Assembly (NCBI GenBank): GCA_951406725.2
Contig: OX597837.1
Location: forward strand, 26,350,001-26,414,000
Direction: 5' to 3'
Source: Octopus vulgaris
Taxonomy: Eukaryota
DNA length: 64,000 bases
Under the pieces are notes generated by a model. The model was not told the origin of the DNA. It was given only the letters and a program-made list of their open reading frames with translations, and ran no database searches. A program made the translations under genes and the position numbers. This document shows positions 1-12,538 of this stretch, in pieces (within the stretch, counting starts at the first letter, position 1; each line of letters begins with the position of its first letter).

Positions 1-892
1 AAATACTATATTAATATATTGTGGAATAATAAGACTGTTAACCCATAAGATGCGGTATACTACTACACCAGGAAAGGAACACAGGAGATCAGGGGGAATA
101 ACTGAAATTATTTCTTTGTATATGATGGCCATCACATCATTTTAACGTCTACCTTTCCATACTTGCATGGGTTGGATGCTCTTCCTGTCGCCAACCCTTA
201 CCCAGTTACAAGTAAGGTATCTGCTTCTCCATGGCCTGGTTCCCACAGAATATCAGAAATGAATGACACTGCTTGTACAACGGTGACACTCATTTACAAC
301 AATAATGCCATGTCAAGACAAGGAGGCACAAACACATACCCTTTGCATATATTGCATATATATCAATATCTCTATCTACACACAGACACACACGTTAATA
401 CTGAACAGTAAGAAAAAAACGCACAAAACTACTTTGGTGGATAAATATTCTTTATTCATGACACAACCAGACTACTGGTTTCATGTTCAGAGAGATATCT
501 CTCAATAATTATTCAAGTCTGCCACATAAGATAGTGATCAACTCCAGCTTGCATAAAAACTCATATACACACATAAACTTCATGTAATCAAGGTATCCTT
601 GGCCTGAAGAGTTATCTACTCCATTCCCTAACTTTTGGATATATATATATAAGCATTCACAGTGTATTAAAGCTTAAAGCCTATGATTATAATTTACAAA
701 ATTTTCACTCATAACAGTTTCTAATGCAGTATGTATATATATATATTAATTAATTAATTAGTTTCATATTCAGATATGTAGATAGAGATATTGATATATA
801 TGCAAAGGGTATGTGTTTGTGCCTCCTTGTCTTGACATGGCATTACTGTTGTAAATGAGTGTCACCATCGTACAAGCAGTGTCATTCATTTC

Positions 893-929
<37 letters not shown>

Positions 930-1389
930 TATATATAGGTATATATATAGGCAACTCAAATAGTGATAGACATAAACCAAAACATAAAAAACAAAAAAAT
1001 AAATATAATTAATATAATATGTAATATATATATATGAAATATAAAATTTAAAATTTGAATTATTAAAATTCAAAATTTTTTAATTTATATTTTTAAATTT
1101 TTAAATTTACACAGTGGAACTGAACCTGAGTTCACGGGAAGCAAATTTCTTCACCACAGCCCACATTTGCCCCCAATATATGATGTGAGATAATATGAAA
1201 CCTTTTGTTACCATATTTCTGTAAGAGTACACTGTCTTCGTTTTAATTAATTTTGGAAAAATGAAAAAAAAAAAAAAATGAAGAATTTAGTAAAATAACT
1301 TTATTATCATTATTATATTGTTACATGTGGAGATGGTCATCAACTCTTTCTGATTAAACGCATGCACTATTTTTTTTAATCTTCACTTT

Positions 1390-1506
1390 ATTATCATGAT
1401 TATTATTATTATTATTATTACTATCATAATTATTATTATTATTATTACTATCATAATTATTATTATTATTATTACTATCATAATTATTATTATTATTACT
1501 ATCATA

Positions 1507-1556
<50 letters not shown>

Positions 1557-1812
1557 CATAATAATAATAATTATTATTATTATTATCATAATTATTATTA
1601 TCATCATCATTATTATTATTATCATTATTATTATCATCATCATCACCATCATTATTATCATTATTATTATTATCATCATCATCACCATCATTATTATCAT
1701 TATTATTATTATCATCATCACCATCATTATTATCATTATTATTATTATCATCATCATCACCATCATTATTATTATTATTATTATTATTAAACTAATAACA
1801 ATAATAATAACA
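1390..1812. repeat. (ATT/ATC)n trinucleotide tract
   Basis: Directly visible; explains the poly-Ile/Met ORFs. Confidence 0.95.
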
Positions 1813-1879
1813 ATTTATAAAGATTGACAAGCCAAGTGTTAATTTCTGTTTTCCTGCAATTTTAGCTTTCATTTTACTT

Positions 1880-1924
1880 TTTGAACCTGATGAAGACAGG
1901 CAATCTGTTAAAATATTGTTCAAA
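1880..1924 (+). ncRNA. Minimal type I hammerhead-ribozyme-like motif (decayed)
   Basis: Stem I TTTGAAC/GTTCAAA, core CTGATGA, stem II GACAG-gcaat-CTGTT, AAAA in place of GAAA (a CG to TA change would explain it), then TA-TT within the palindrome AATATT. Confidence 0.7.
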
Positions 1925-2220
1925 CCGTTAAATAAACAATTCATTGCAAATTGCATCGCGCACTTCTTATTGTCTAATAGTAATAATAATAAAGTGAAGA
2001 TCAAATATAGTATGTGTGTTTAAATGGCAAAACACGACCATCCCCCAAATATAACAATATTTGTTTCAATACATGATTTCACATTTAAAATCTTGCAAAA
2101 TGAAAACATAAATGCAACTCATTATTATTATTATTATTATTAATAATAATAATAATCTCGTATTTGAGCCAAAAATTGCCATGAAATTTTGATGGAAGAT
2201 TTTAATTTAAATCATTTTAA

Positions 2221-2441
2221 CCCTTTAGTGTTTGCATTATTCTGCCAAAATTAATCCGTTTTTATCCACATTGTTTTGAACTAATCAGGCATTACCTTGT
2301 AGCTATGAGATTTTGAAGAGGTAGCTGTTAATTTTTAAGATGATATTGTAGGGTTGGTGTGAGAGACCAGATCTGGCCAGTTTGAACATAAAATAGGCAG
2401 AATATTTTTGGCTGGATAGGGCCGGTTTAAATGCTAAAGGG
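2221..2441. mobile_element. piggyBac-type MITE
   Basis: TTAA on both sides; TIR CCCTTTAG...CTAAAGGG; homologous copies at 39490-39707 and ~63343-63497. Confidence 0.85.
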
Positions 2442-2623
2442 TTAAGACATGAAGTTTGTGTCATTTGTATCATAGAAGTAGCGGTGGCGGCAGTCGTGAT
2501 GGGCCTTAGGGGTTGGGGTTTGAATCAAAAGCGTTACAGCGTATATCACAGGATGAGGGGGTGGGTCCGGACAGGTTGATATTGGACAGGTGAAAATCAC
2601 TTCAGGGGAGCAGACGCTACGAT

Positions 2624-3543
2624 GTTGAGGCATTCATGCCTTTCCTTAAATCATAAGCAGCATGACTATAAATGTAGTGGAATCATTTTAATTGAGAATC
2701 CAAAGCTAGAACTTGGAGTCAATGGAGGTGGGCACCTTGGAGATTTATTTCTACAAACACAATCACAAATGATGCGTTGAGGCATTCATGCCTTTCCCTA
2801 AATCATAAGCAGCATGACTATAAATGTAGTGGAATCATTTTAATTGAGAATCCAAAGCTAGAACTTGGAGTCAATGGAGGTGGGCACCTTGGAGATTTAT
2901 TTCTACAAACACAATCACAAATGATGTGAGGTGATTCATGCCTTTCCCTAAATCATAAGCAGCATGACTATAAATGTAGTGGAATCATTTTAATTGAGAA
3001 TCCAAAGCTAGAACTTGGAGTCAATGGAGGTGGGCACCTTGGAGATTTATTTCTACAAACACAATCACAAATGATGCATTGAGGCATTCATGCCTTTCCC
3101 TAAATCATAAGCAGCATGACTATAAATGTAGTGGAATCATTTTAATTGAGAATCCAAAGCTAGAACTTGGAGTCAATGGAGGTGGGCACCTTGGAGATTT
3201 ATTTCTACAAACACAATCACAAATGATGTGTTGAGGCATTCATGCCTTTCCCTAAATCATACGCAGCATGACTATAAATGTAGTGGAATCATTTTAATTG
3301 AGAATCCAAAGCTAGAACTTGGAGTCAATGGAGGTGGGCACCTTGGAGATTTATTTCTACAAACACAATCACAAATGATATGTTGAGGCATTCATGCCTT
3401 TCCCTAAATCATAAGCAGCATGACTATAAATGTAGTGGAATCATTTTAATTGAGAATCCAAAGCTAGAACTTGGAGTCAATGGAGGTGGGCACCTTGGAG
3501 ATTTATTTCTACAAACACAATCACAAATGATGTGAGGTGATTC
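2624..3543. repeat. Tandem array, 6 x 150-152 bp, near identical
   Basis: The (C/G)ATTCATGCC anchor recurs at 2631, 2783, 2933, 3085, 3237 and 3389. Confidence 0.97.
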
Positions 3544-3944
3544 TATGAAATGCCACCTCACTATGGTTTACAACATGGGAGGTAGACAATTAAGGTAAAC
3601 TGGTACACATGCACAGAAACACAAAAAACATGTTTTGACGATTTGTTAACAAGGACCTCCCATTCTTACCTTGCCCCACTCCCCAGGGTAAAAACTAGAA
3701 AAATTTGTTGTTTCAGATATCCTTATATTTACATTTACTATCATAACACAACTGGACTTAATCTGGCGAAAACTATACACACAAACACACACACACACAG
3801 AGTTTCTCTTTGCATGCATGTATGTCTGTCTGTCTCTCTCTCTCTCTCTCACTCTGACACACACTGTCTGTCTGTCTGTCTCTGAGTCTCAGACTGTCAG
3901 ACAGAAATATAACTAGTAATACATTCATATCTAGCTATCTCTCT

Positions 3945-3966
3945 ACATACATACATGCATACATAC

Positions 3967-4020
<54 letters not shown>

Positions 4021-4475
4021 ATGTACATGCATACACACATACACATACGTAAGCATATGCATACATACATGCACACACATGTATGTACATACATACACAC
4101 ACATATATGTATGTACATGCACACATACACACACATACGTATGTACATGCACACATACATACACACACATATGTATATGCACACATACATATGTACATGC
4201 ATACATACATACACATACATATATACATGCATACATATATACACATACATATATACAAGCATACATATATACACATACATATGTACATGCATACATACAC
4301 ATACATACATACGCATATACATGCATAGATACATACACGCACATATGTATGTACATGCATACATACACACACACACAAACATGTACATGCATACATACAC
4401 ACACACACATATGTACATGCATATATACCTATGTACATACATGCATACATTTGGACATATATGCATACACACATA
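3945..4475. repeat. CA/TA compound microsatellite
   Basis: Directly visible low-complexity sequence. Confidence 0.9.
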
Positions 4476-4479
4476 GAAA

Positions 4480-5462
4480 ACCCTGTGATGATAGTAACAT
4501 TGATCATCAAAGCAGTTTATCACGGACGAATAGCTGGATTACTACCTCCCTCTTTGAAGGGTCTGCGTTTGCAATCCAGGAACAGGAAATATCAACCAAG
4601 TACCTGATGCACATAAGGGGTAGAGATGCAGGAAAAGCAGTAAAATGTGACGACCGATGCAGACTTTGTGGAGTTCACACTGAAGATATCACTCACATCA
4701 TAAGGAGTTGTCCGAAAATATCATCATGGTATTATCTACCAATGAGACATGACATTGTAGGAAGGACACTCTACAACAGGGGTGGGCAAACTACGGCCCG
4801 CAGGCCGCGCCATAGGTTTCCATGCGGCCTACCGAGAGCTTTTATGAATCCCAACTTCTATGCAGATACTTCGTAACTGTTTCAGTTGTACGGTAATTCA
4901 CAATATTTTCACTTGATTTTTATAAATGAGGCCTGCCAAGGTTCCAAAGACGCACTGTGCGGCCCGCGATCAAAAGCGTTCGCCCACCCCTGCTCTACAA
5001 TGAAATCCATCAGAAGGATAATCCCAAGGACAAAGAAATAAGAACCCACAGTATGGTAGAAACCATAGCCACTCATAACAAAAAGGAATACTGGTGGAAT
5101 GTTCCAGTGAAGACCTCAATAAAATGTAAGCACAACAGACCCGATATAATGATTTGGGATAGAGAAGAGAAACTATGCACAGTTGTGAAAATTAGCTGCC
5201 CAGCAGATGTTAACATAAAGCTGAAGATCAGTGAAAAAGAGAACACTTATGCTGAACTGCTGAGAAATCTGCAATTACTCCATTCAGGTTTATACCTGTA
5301 ATTATTGGGGCCCTGGGGTATGTAACACACTGCCTAAATACCAATCTTGAAAAATTGGGCTTCTCAAAACCAGAAAGGAGAAAGTTAATTCGAAGACAAC
5401 AGATCCAATCCATCAATGGAACTGTAAAAATCTGTAAAACTTTCCAGAAGTTTATTGTTTGA
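4480..5462 (+). pseudogene. 3' fragment of an RLE-type (R4/Dong-like) LINE ORF: CCHC zinc knuckle plus restriction-like endonuclease
   Basis: CRLCGVHTEDITHIIRSC, MRHD, NRPDIMIWD, EKENTY and PVIIGALG motifs; frameshifted and interrupted by a MITE. Confidence 0.9.
4777..4992. mobile_element. hAT (Charlie-like) MITE, 216 bp
   Basis: TIR CAGGGGTGGGC(A/G)AAC; perfect 8-bp TSD CTCTACAA (4769-4776, 4993-5000); removing it restores the LINE reading frame. Confidence 0.93.
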
Positions 5463-5467
5463 ATATA

Positions 5468-5870
5468 TACTCTCTTTTACTCTTTTACTTGTTTCAGTCA
5501 TTTGACTGCGGCCATGCTGGAGCACCGCCTTTAATCGAGCAACTCGACCCCAGGACTTATTCTTTGTAAGCCCAGTACCTATTCTATCGGTCTCTTTTGC
5601 CGAACCGCTAAGTGACGGGGACATAAACACACCAGCATCGGTTGTCAAGCAATGCTAGGGGGACAAACACAGACATATACACACACATATATATATATAC
5701 ATACATATATACAACAGGCTTCTTTCAGTTTCCGTCTACCAAATCCACTCACAAGGCATTGGTCGGCCCGGGGCTATAGCAGAAGACACTTGCCCAAGAT
5801 GCCACGCAGTGGGACTGAACCCGGAACCATGTGGTTCGTTAGCAAGCTACTTACCACACAGCCACTCCTG
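5468..5870 (-). mobile_element. tRNA-derived SINE family A
   Basis: A box TGGCTGTGTGG, B-box-like GGTTCAGTCC, CORE-like TTGGGCAAGTGTCTT, (TAAAAGAG)n tail; more than 10 copies in the window. Confidence 0.9.
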
Positions 5871-6087
5871 AGCATTTCTAGTTATGTAACTATATGCATG
5901 ATAATACATACATAGAACATACAAATCTGCACATACATACATATATACAAAAAAAATACCCTGTTGTTGATGTTGAAATTCCAATGAAGGAACCTAGGAT
6001 CTAGGTTAGAAACTGGTTCTTTCTCTATTGGCCAAAGGTCTTGAAATAACCTGAATAATGACATACATAAACAGTAAACTGTAAAGA

Positions 6088-6700
6088 GTAAAGACCCCCT
6101 TCAGTCATGAATGACCATGGGATTGCACCTAGAAAGTTCCCCTCTAAAGCACAAGGGCAAGCAAGGTTGTTTACAGAAGACCAGCAGTCACTCATGCATA
6201 ACAGCCTCCCCTCTCCATGCCACAGATGTTATCCAAGGGAAAGGCTGATACAGCTTGGCACCAGTGAAGTTGTGCTCAAAATCTCTTGTGGAAGCGTCAT
6301 CCAACCAAAGTACAAATATATGGGAAACTACCACCTGTATCATCTCTTGTGAAAGGTAGAAGAGTCCAGTTTGCTGGACATTGTTGTAGAGCTGGAAACG
6401 AGGTAATTTCTACTCTTCTCCTCTGGAAGCCATCTCGCGATACCAGAGGGTGCACACTCTCTTACCCTGATGTAATCTCCAGGGATACAGGCATCCAGCA
6501 ACAGGACCTCCGTAATGATATGATGGACCGTGAAGTCTGGCGTAACATAGTAAATTCCATTGTCTCGACCACGGTCGAACAATGATGATGATGTGATGTG
6601 ACTCGTTTCTACAGGCAAGTGAACTGGAGCAACGTGAAATAAAGTGTTTTGCTCAAGAACACAACACATAGCTTGGTCCAGGAATTGCACTCACTCCCTC
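6088..6700 (-). mobile_element. SINE family F, interrupted by an RTE fragment
   Basis: Homologous to the uninterrupted segment at ~26658-26842, which reads through GGCACCAGTGA. Confidence 0.7.
6268..6595 (+). pseudogene. RTE-like LINE 3' fragment with (TGA)n tail
   Basis: RRVQFAGHCCR...LLLWKP...MMDREVWRNIV followed by TGATGATG. Confidence 0.85.
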
Positions 6701-7225
6701 CTGGGTGGAAGAGGATTCATAGCAATTACATGATTTTGATAGTAACAGAGAATATAAACAGAGTGAAAGGGTGGTGAGGAGATAGAAAAAAGAAAGAAGA
6801 AAAACAAACAAAAATCTTCAAAACCACTAAAGATTCAGAGAGGGGGTGAGATGAGGTTACCAAGTATGGGCTGGGAGTAAAACTTAGAAATTTGAGTGTT
6901 TCCCATTGGTTTGGTATCATGGTACTTAATGAAGGATTTACAGATGCAAAGTAAGATTTAGAGCAATAATATTAACATCGGAGATAAAAATAAATAAAAA
7001 TGATAAATTTTATTTCTACTTTTATTTTAGTTGATTTTATGATTCTTAATATTTTTCATGTGTTAAAAGTTGATTTTTTTTCTGTAACACACACACACAC
7101 ACACACACACAATTTAATCATCACTAGATGTGAGTGAGGGTGCCGAAGCACTGACATTGCTAGAAATGTAGGTGGTTCGGCACCTTCAGTCACATTAAGT
7201 GATGATTAAATCTTTCCTTTATGGT

Positions 7226-7585
7226 ATTCATCATCATCGTTTAGCGTCCGCTTTCCATGCTAGCATGGGTTGGACGGTTCAACTGGGGACTGGGAAGCCA
7301 GAAGGCTGCATCAGGCCCAGTCTGATCTGGCAGTGTTTCTACGGCTGGATGTCCTTCCTAATGCCAACCACTCCGTGAGTGTAGTGGGTGCTTTTTACGT
7401 GCCACCCGCACAGGTGCCAGACGGAGCTGGCAAACGGCCACGGATGGATGGTGCTTTTTATGTGCCACCGGCACGGGGGCCAGGCGAGGCTGGCAACGGC
7501 CACGATCGGATGGTGCTTTTTAGGTGCCACCGGCACGGGGGCCAGGCGAGGCTGGCAACGGCCACAAATGGATGGTGCTTTTTTA
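7226..7585 (-). mobile_element. SINE-like family B with (GAT)n tail and internal ~53-bp tandem units
   Basis: Family motifs GTTGGC(A/G)TTAGGAAGG(G/A)CATCC and CCATGCTAGCATGG; many copies in the window. Confidence 0.85.
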
Positions 7586-7702
7586 TTAATGATTTGTAGG
7601 TTCATGATATTTTGTCATGCAACCATAATACCATAATATGCTATAAAGTATATTAAATGTTTTTATAAGTCAATACCCTCAGTTTTTATAAGTCAATACC
7701 CA

Positions 7703-8061
7703 AAAGCGAAATCGAATTGAACCAGCCAGGATCCCTGGTCTGGTGGTACGTAAAAAGCACTATCCGACTCGTGGCCGATGCCAGCGCCGCCTCGACTGGC
7801 TTCCGTGCCGGTGGCACATAAAATACACCAATCCGACCGTGGCCGTTGCCAGCCTCGCCTGGCACCTGTGCAGGTGGCATGTAAAAAGCACACACTACAC
7901 TCATGGAGTGGTTGGCGTTAGGAAGGGCATCCAGCTGTAGAAACATTGCCAGATAAGATTGGAGCCTGGTGCAGCCTTCTGGCTTCCCAGATCCCCAGTC
8001 GAATCGTCCAACCCATGCTAGCATGGAGAACGGATGTTAAACGATGATGATGATGATGATG
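7703..8061 (+). mobile_element. SINE-like family B
   Basis: Same motifs; inverted relative to 7226-7585. Confidence 0.85.
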
Positions 8062-8651
8062 AATACCATGTTCAACCATGTTAGCAGTGTACTTTACTAT
8101 AGTCACGATGTTATAAATGTGTGCTCCAGTCTTTAATACTCATTTTGTCTGTCTGTCTGTCTCTCTCTGTTTCATACATTAACATGTTGGACATGTATCT
8201 TCGACACAGCCACACATGTAGAACACAAGGTTATATTTAACTTCAGCCATTATAATTACCAAACATATAATTAACAACATCAGATCACAGGACACTAATT
8301 ATTAAAAGTCAACGAGCTGTACAAGCGGAAGGGAACAGTGTTAGTGGACAAACTGACCTTTTGGTCCGTGCAGCTTCATAAATCTAGTAAAACAAATGGG
8401 AATTGCTGACTAAGTTGAAATCTCTCTTCTAGGAAAACTAATCAATCAAGATTGTTCATTATCTCAGCTTCCTTGGAACTGGGATTTCTACAGAGATGGA
8501 TCGCTTTACAAGACAAATGTAAACACGAAGAATCCTCAGCTTCCTTTCAACATCCAGTTTTCCATGCTCGTATTGGTTGGACAAAATATGTCAAGGCAGA
8601 TTTTCTATGGTTGGGTACCCTTCCTGTCACTAGTCCTCACCTGTTTCCAAG

Positions 8652-8865
8652 AGCTGGCAGAAATGTTAGCACGCCGGGTGAAATGCTTAGTGGTATTTCG
8701 TCAGCCCTGAGTTCAAATTCTGCCGAGGTCGACTTTGCCTTTCATCCTTTCGGAACGATAAATTAAGTACAAGTTACGCACTGGGGGCGATGTAATCGAC
8801 TTAATCCCTTTGTCTGTCCTTGTTTGTTTCCTCTATGTTTAGCCCCTTGTGGACAATAAAGAAAT
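8652..8865 (+). mobile_element. tRNA-derived SINE family C
   Basis: AGCTGGCAGAA A box, GAGTTCAAAT B box, GACTTTGCCTTTCATCCTTTCGG central domain. Confidence 0.85.
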
Positions 8866-8924
8866 ATGATTAGACATGGGGAGCTGAGGAGGACTGACAT
8901 ATGGGAGACTAATGGTCATCAGGG

Positions 8925-9075
8925 AGGCTGATGGCTGTTAGGGAGTCTGGACAGCTGTTAGGGAGAGTAAGCTGTTAGGGAGACTGACAACTGTTAGGGA
9001 GACTGACAGCTGTTAGGGAGAGTAAGGTGTTAGGGAGACTGACAGCTGTTAGAGAGACTGACAGCTGTCAGGGAC
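8925..9075. repeat. ~17-19-bp minisatellite (GAGACTGACAGCTGTTAGG)
   Basis: Visible tandem units. Confidence 0.85.
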
Positions 9076-9629
9076 ACTCTTGTACTTGACATTCCTCTTT
9101 GATAGTTGATGGCTACAGAAGAGACATCATCATTTAACATCTGCTTTCTAGACTGACATGGGGTAGATGGTTTGACAGGAAGTGACAAGGTTGGGGGCTG
9201 TACCAGGTTCCATTGTTTGTTTTGCAACAATTTCTACAGCTGGATGCTCTTCATAACATCAAGCACTTTACAGAGTGTACTGGGTGCTTTTTACATGGCA
9301 CCAGCACCAGCGTCTTTTAAAGGGCACCAGCACCAGTGCCTTTTACGTGGCACTAATATATATTTCGTTCTTGTTGCTCATTTTTGCTACAATCTTAAGC
9401 TTTAAATAAAATTATAATGATACGGTCTTAAACTAATTTTGCTGGTAATTTTGAAACGTTTATATTAATTTAGAATAAGAATTCTTCGAGTTGTATAAAA
9501 ATATTTACTGTCTGCATCATTCGAAAGAGAAATAAATTCTGCATAAGGTGTAAAAGATAAAAATAATTTGTATGGTGTTAGTAACAAAATATTTTATAAG
9601 AAATAGAACTTTTTCGCCAGTATATATAT

Positions 9630-10190
9630 GTACACAATAAATGAGTGAGTTGATATATATTTGCACAGGATGAATGAACAAGCAAATATATATATCTGCA
9701 CACAATGAATGAGCGAGCAAATATATATTTGGTGACAATGAATGAGCGAGAAAATATATATTTGGTGACAATGAATGAGTGAATATATATTTGCACACAA
9801 TGAATGAGTGAGTGAATATATATTTGGTGACAATGAATGAGTGAGCAAATATATATTTGGTGACAATGAATGAGTGAGAAAATATATATTTGGTGACAAT
9901 GAATGAGTGAGCATTGGTGACAATGAATGAGTGAATATATATTTGGTGACAATGAATGAGTGAGCAAATATATATTTGGTGACAATGAATGAGTGAGCAA
10001 ATATATATTTGGTGACAATGAATGAGCGAGTGAATATATATTTATATTCTGCTATAGCAGAAGACACTTGCCCAAGATGCCATGCAGTGGGACTGAACCC
10101 GGAACCATGTGGTTGGTTAGCAAGTTACTTACCACACAGCCACGTTTGCACACAATGAATGAGTGAGTAAATATGTTTACACACAATGGA
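9630..10190. repeat. ~32-bp minisatellite (AATATATATTTGGTGACAATGAATGAGTGAGC), interrupted by a SINE A head at ~10050-10143
   Basis: Visible tandem units resume after the SINE fragment. Confidence 0.9.
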
Positions 10191-10653
10191 TAAGTGTTGT
10201 TATGTTTACACACAAATGCATAATAAATTTCATATATATATATATACACATATAACATGGGAAAATGTGAGCAAGAGAAATAATATTCTGAAGATTATAA
10301 ACCTGGAAAATGACAGGACAATTTATTACACTTGGAAAAGTTCAGGACAACTTATTACATCTGGTAAAGTACAGAACAAGAAAATTTTTTACTTAAAATA
10401 TTGCAGCTAAGGATAAAATTTCAAATAAAATATTTAGATTTAGAAAATATTAGCTTTTATTAAAACTAAAAATTTTATTACATGTTATTACTTCTGTTTG
10501 TTATTACTTGTTACTTCTATTAGAAATAAAAAATAACTCAGTCAAAATAGTTTTTGCATTTAAAAAAAATTAATTTTTAAAATTAATAATTAATAATTAG
10601 AAATTTGAAAATTGGTTATAAAAAATAATAGTAGTACATAATTAGTTAGCACA

Positions 10654-10960
10654 ATCATCATCATCTTCGTTTAGCGTCCGCTTTCCATGCTAGCATGGGT
10701 TGGACAGTTCAACGGGGTCTGGGAAGCCAGAAGGCTGCACCAAGCCCAGTCTGATCTGGCAATGTTTCTACGGCTGGATGCCCTTCCTAACGCCAACCAC
10801 TCCGTGAATGTAGTGGGTGCTTTTTACGTGCCACCAGCACAGGCGCCAGACGAGGCTGGCAAACGGCCACGATTGGATGGTGCTTTTTATGTGCCACCAG
10901 CACAGGCGCCAGACGAGGCTGGCAAACGGCCACGATCGGATGGTGCTTTTTACGTGCCAC
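10654..10960 (-). mobile_element. SINE-like family B
   Basis: Homology to the other copies. Confidence 0.85.
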
Positions 10961-11204
10961 AATAAACAGAATATAAAAATTAGTTATATGTTACACCTAT
11001 AACATCAAATTCACAATAAAATTTGCTTGAGTTATTACCAAGTCTTCACATTTTTAGTCTTGACCCAATGCCTATTTTTTACATAATGAATTTGCCTGCT
11101 ATATATACAATGCTACTTTGCATAAAACTTTATCTATATTGGTACTTCTGGCTCTTGTTTTTGAAGAATTCTAGAGTGTCGGTATTTTAACAAAATGATG
11201 GTAC

Positions 11205-11322
11205 TGTAGAAACACTGCCAGATCAGACTGGAGCCTGGTGCAGCCTCCTGACTTCCCAGATCCCATTCGAACCGTCCAACCCATGCTAGCATGGAAAATG
11301 GACGTGAAACAATGATGATGAT
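11205..11322 (+). mobile_element. SINE-like family B, 3' fragment
   Basis: CCATGCTAGCATGG plus (GAT)n tail. Confidence 0.8.
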
Positions 11323-11352
11323 GGTACCTTTTCTAATTTGTAAAATTAAAAT

Positions 11353-11766
11353 CAGGAGTGGCTGTGTGGCAAGTAGCTTGCTTACCAACCACATGGTTCC
11401 AGGTTCAGTCCCACTGCGTGGCATCTTGGGCAAGTGTCTTCTGCTATAGCCTCGGGCCGACCAATGCCTTGTGAGTGGATTTGGTAGATGGAAACTGAAA
11501 GAAGCCTGTCGTATATATGTACATATATATATATGTATGTGTGTGTATATGTTTGTGTGTCTGTGTTTGTCCCCCTAGCATTGCTTGACAACCGATGCTT
11601 GTGTGTTTACGTCCTCGTCACTTAGCGGGTCGGCAAAAGAGACCGATAGAATAAGTACTAGGCTTACAAAGAATAAGTCCCGGGGTAGATTTGTTCGACT
11701 AAAGGCGGTGCTCCAGCATGGCCGCAGTCAAATGACTGAAACAAGTAAAAGAGAGAGAAAAGAGTA
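11353..11766 (+). mobile_element. SINE family A
   Basis: Full-length homology to the other copies. Confidence 0.9.
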
Positions 11767-12267
11767 AATAATTTTTAAAATTCCAATTTTATCCTTAGCT
11801 GTAATATTTTAAGTAAAAATGTTCTTGTTCTGCATTTTGCCAGATGTAATAAGATGTCCCGAACTTTTCCAATTGTAATAACTTGTCCTGTACTTTTCCA
11901 GGTTTATGATATTAAGAGTATTATTTATCATGCTCGCATTTTTCCATATACTTCATGTTTTTTCCAGGCTATGCTATTATGCTAATTAATAATGCGTCAA
12001 TTAGCAGTGTTGTTAAAAATTTTTTCTGTACCTCAATGATGCCGGTGACATATATCAAAAGATCCCTTATAGAACTACATTCATGAAAAAAGTATAGAAC
12101 TATATTATCACCCTCAAAATTGAAAAGCAAACGCTCATAAAAATTTTCTTTTAAAACTTCATTGCATGAGACTGATACCACGAAATTCCTCGAATTGAGC
12201 TCTATTATTTAAGCTTAATTAAAATATAGTTTGTTTTTAAAATAAAGAAGTTAATTATACTTAAATT

Positions 12268-12300
<33 letters not shown>

Positions 12301-12414
12301 TATATATATATATATATAAATAAAATGTACTGCTCGGTGATAGAAAATTCAATGATAAAAGTACTCCATCTGGTGAGTGGTATTATATGTTGAGTTCGTT
12401 ATGATAAGTGGTTT

Positions 12415-12467
12415 ACGCCTGAAGAATTTGTTTGAGTTCTCTCAGCATATGAGACTATTAGTAGTGT
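12415..12467 (+). ncRNA. Type I hammerhead-ribozyme-like motif
   Basis: Stem I ACGC/GTGT, CTGAAGA, imperfect stem II ATTTGTTTGAG-ttct-CTCAGCATAT, GAGA in place of GAAA, stem III ACT-att-AGT, cleavage triplet GTA; lies in a ~180-bp island between two (TA)n tracts. Confidence 0.65.
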
Positions 12468-12496
12468 TTTAATACATGTATTGTGACCTTTAAATA

Positions 12497-12535
<39 letters not shown>

Positions 12536-12538
<3 letters not shown>

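Noticed and set aside
2624-3543. 152-bp array as a retrozyme or exon array
   Set aside because: No CUGANGA/GAAA hammerhead core found on either strand, and no supportable reading frame.
7270-7636. Recurrent MLAWVG/MDGSTG and MLGGQTQ ORFs
   Set aside because: Translations of SINE B and SINE A copies with inconsistent frames between copies.
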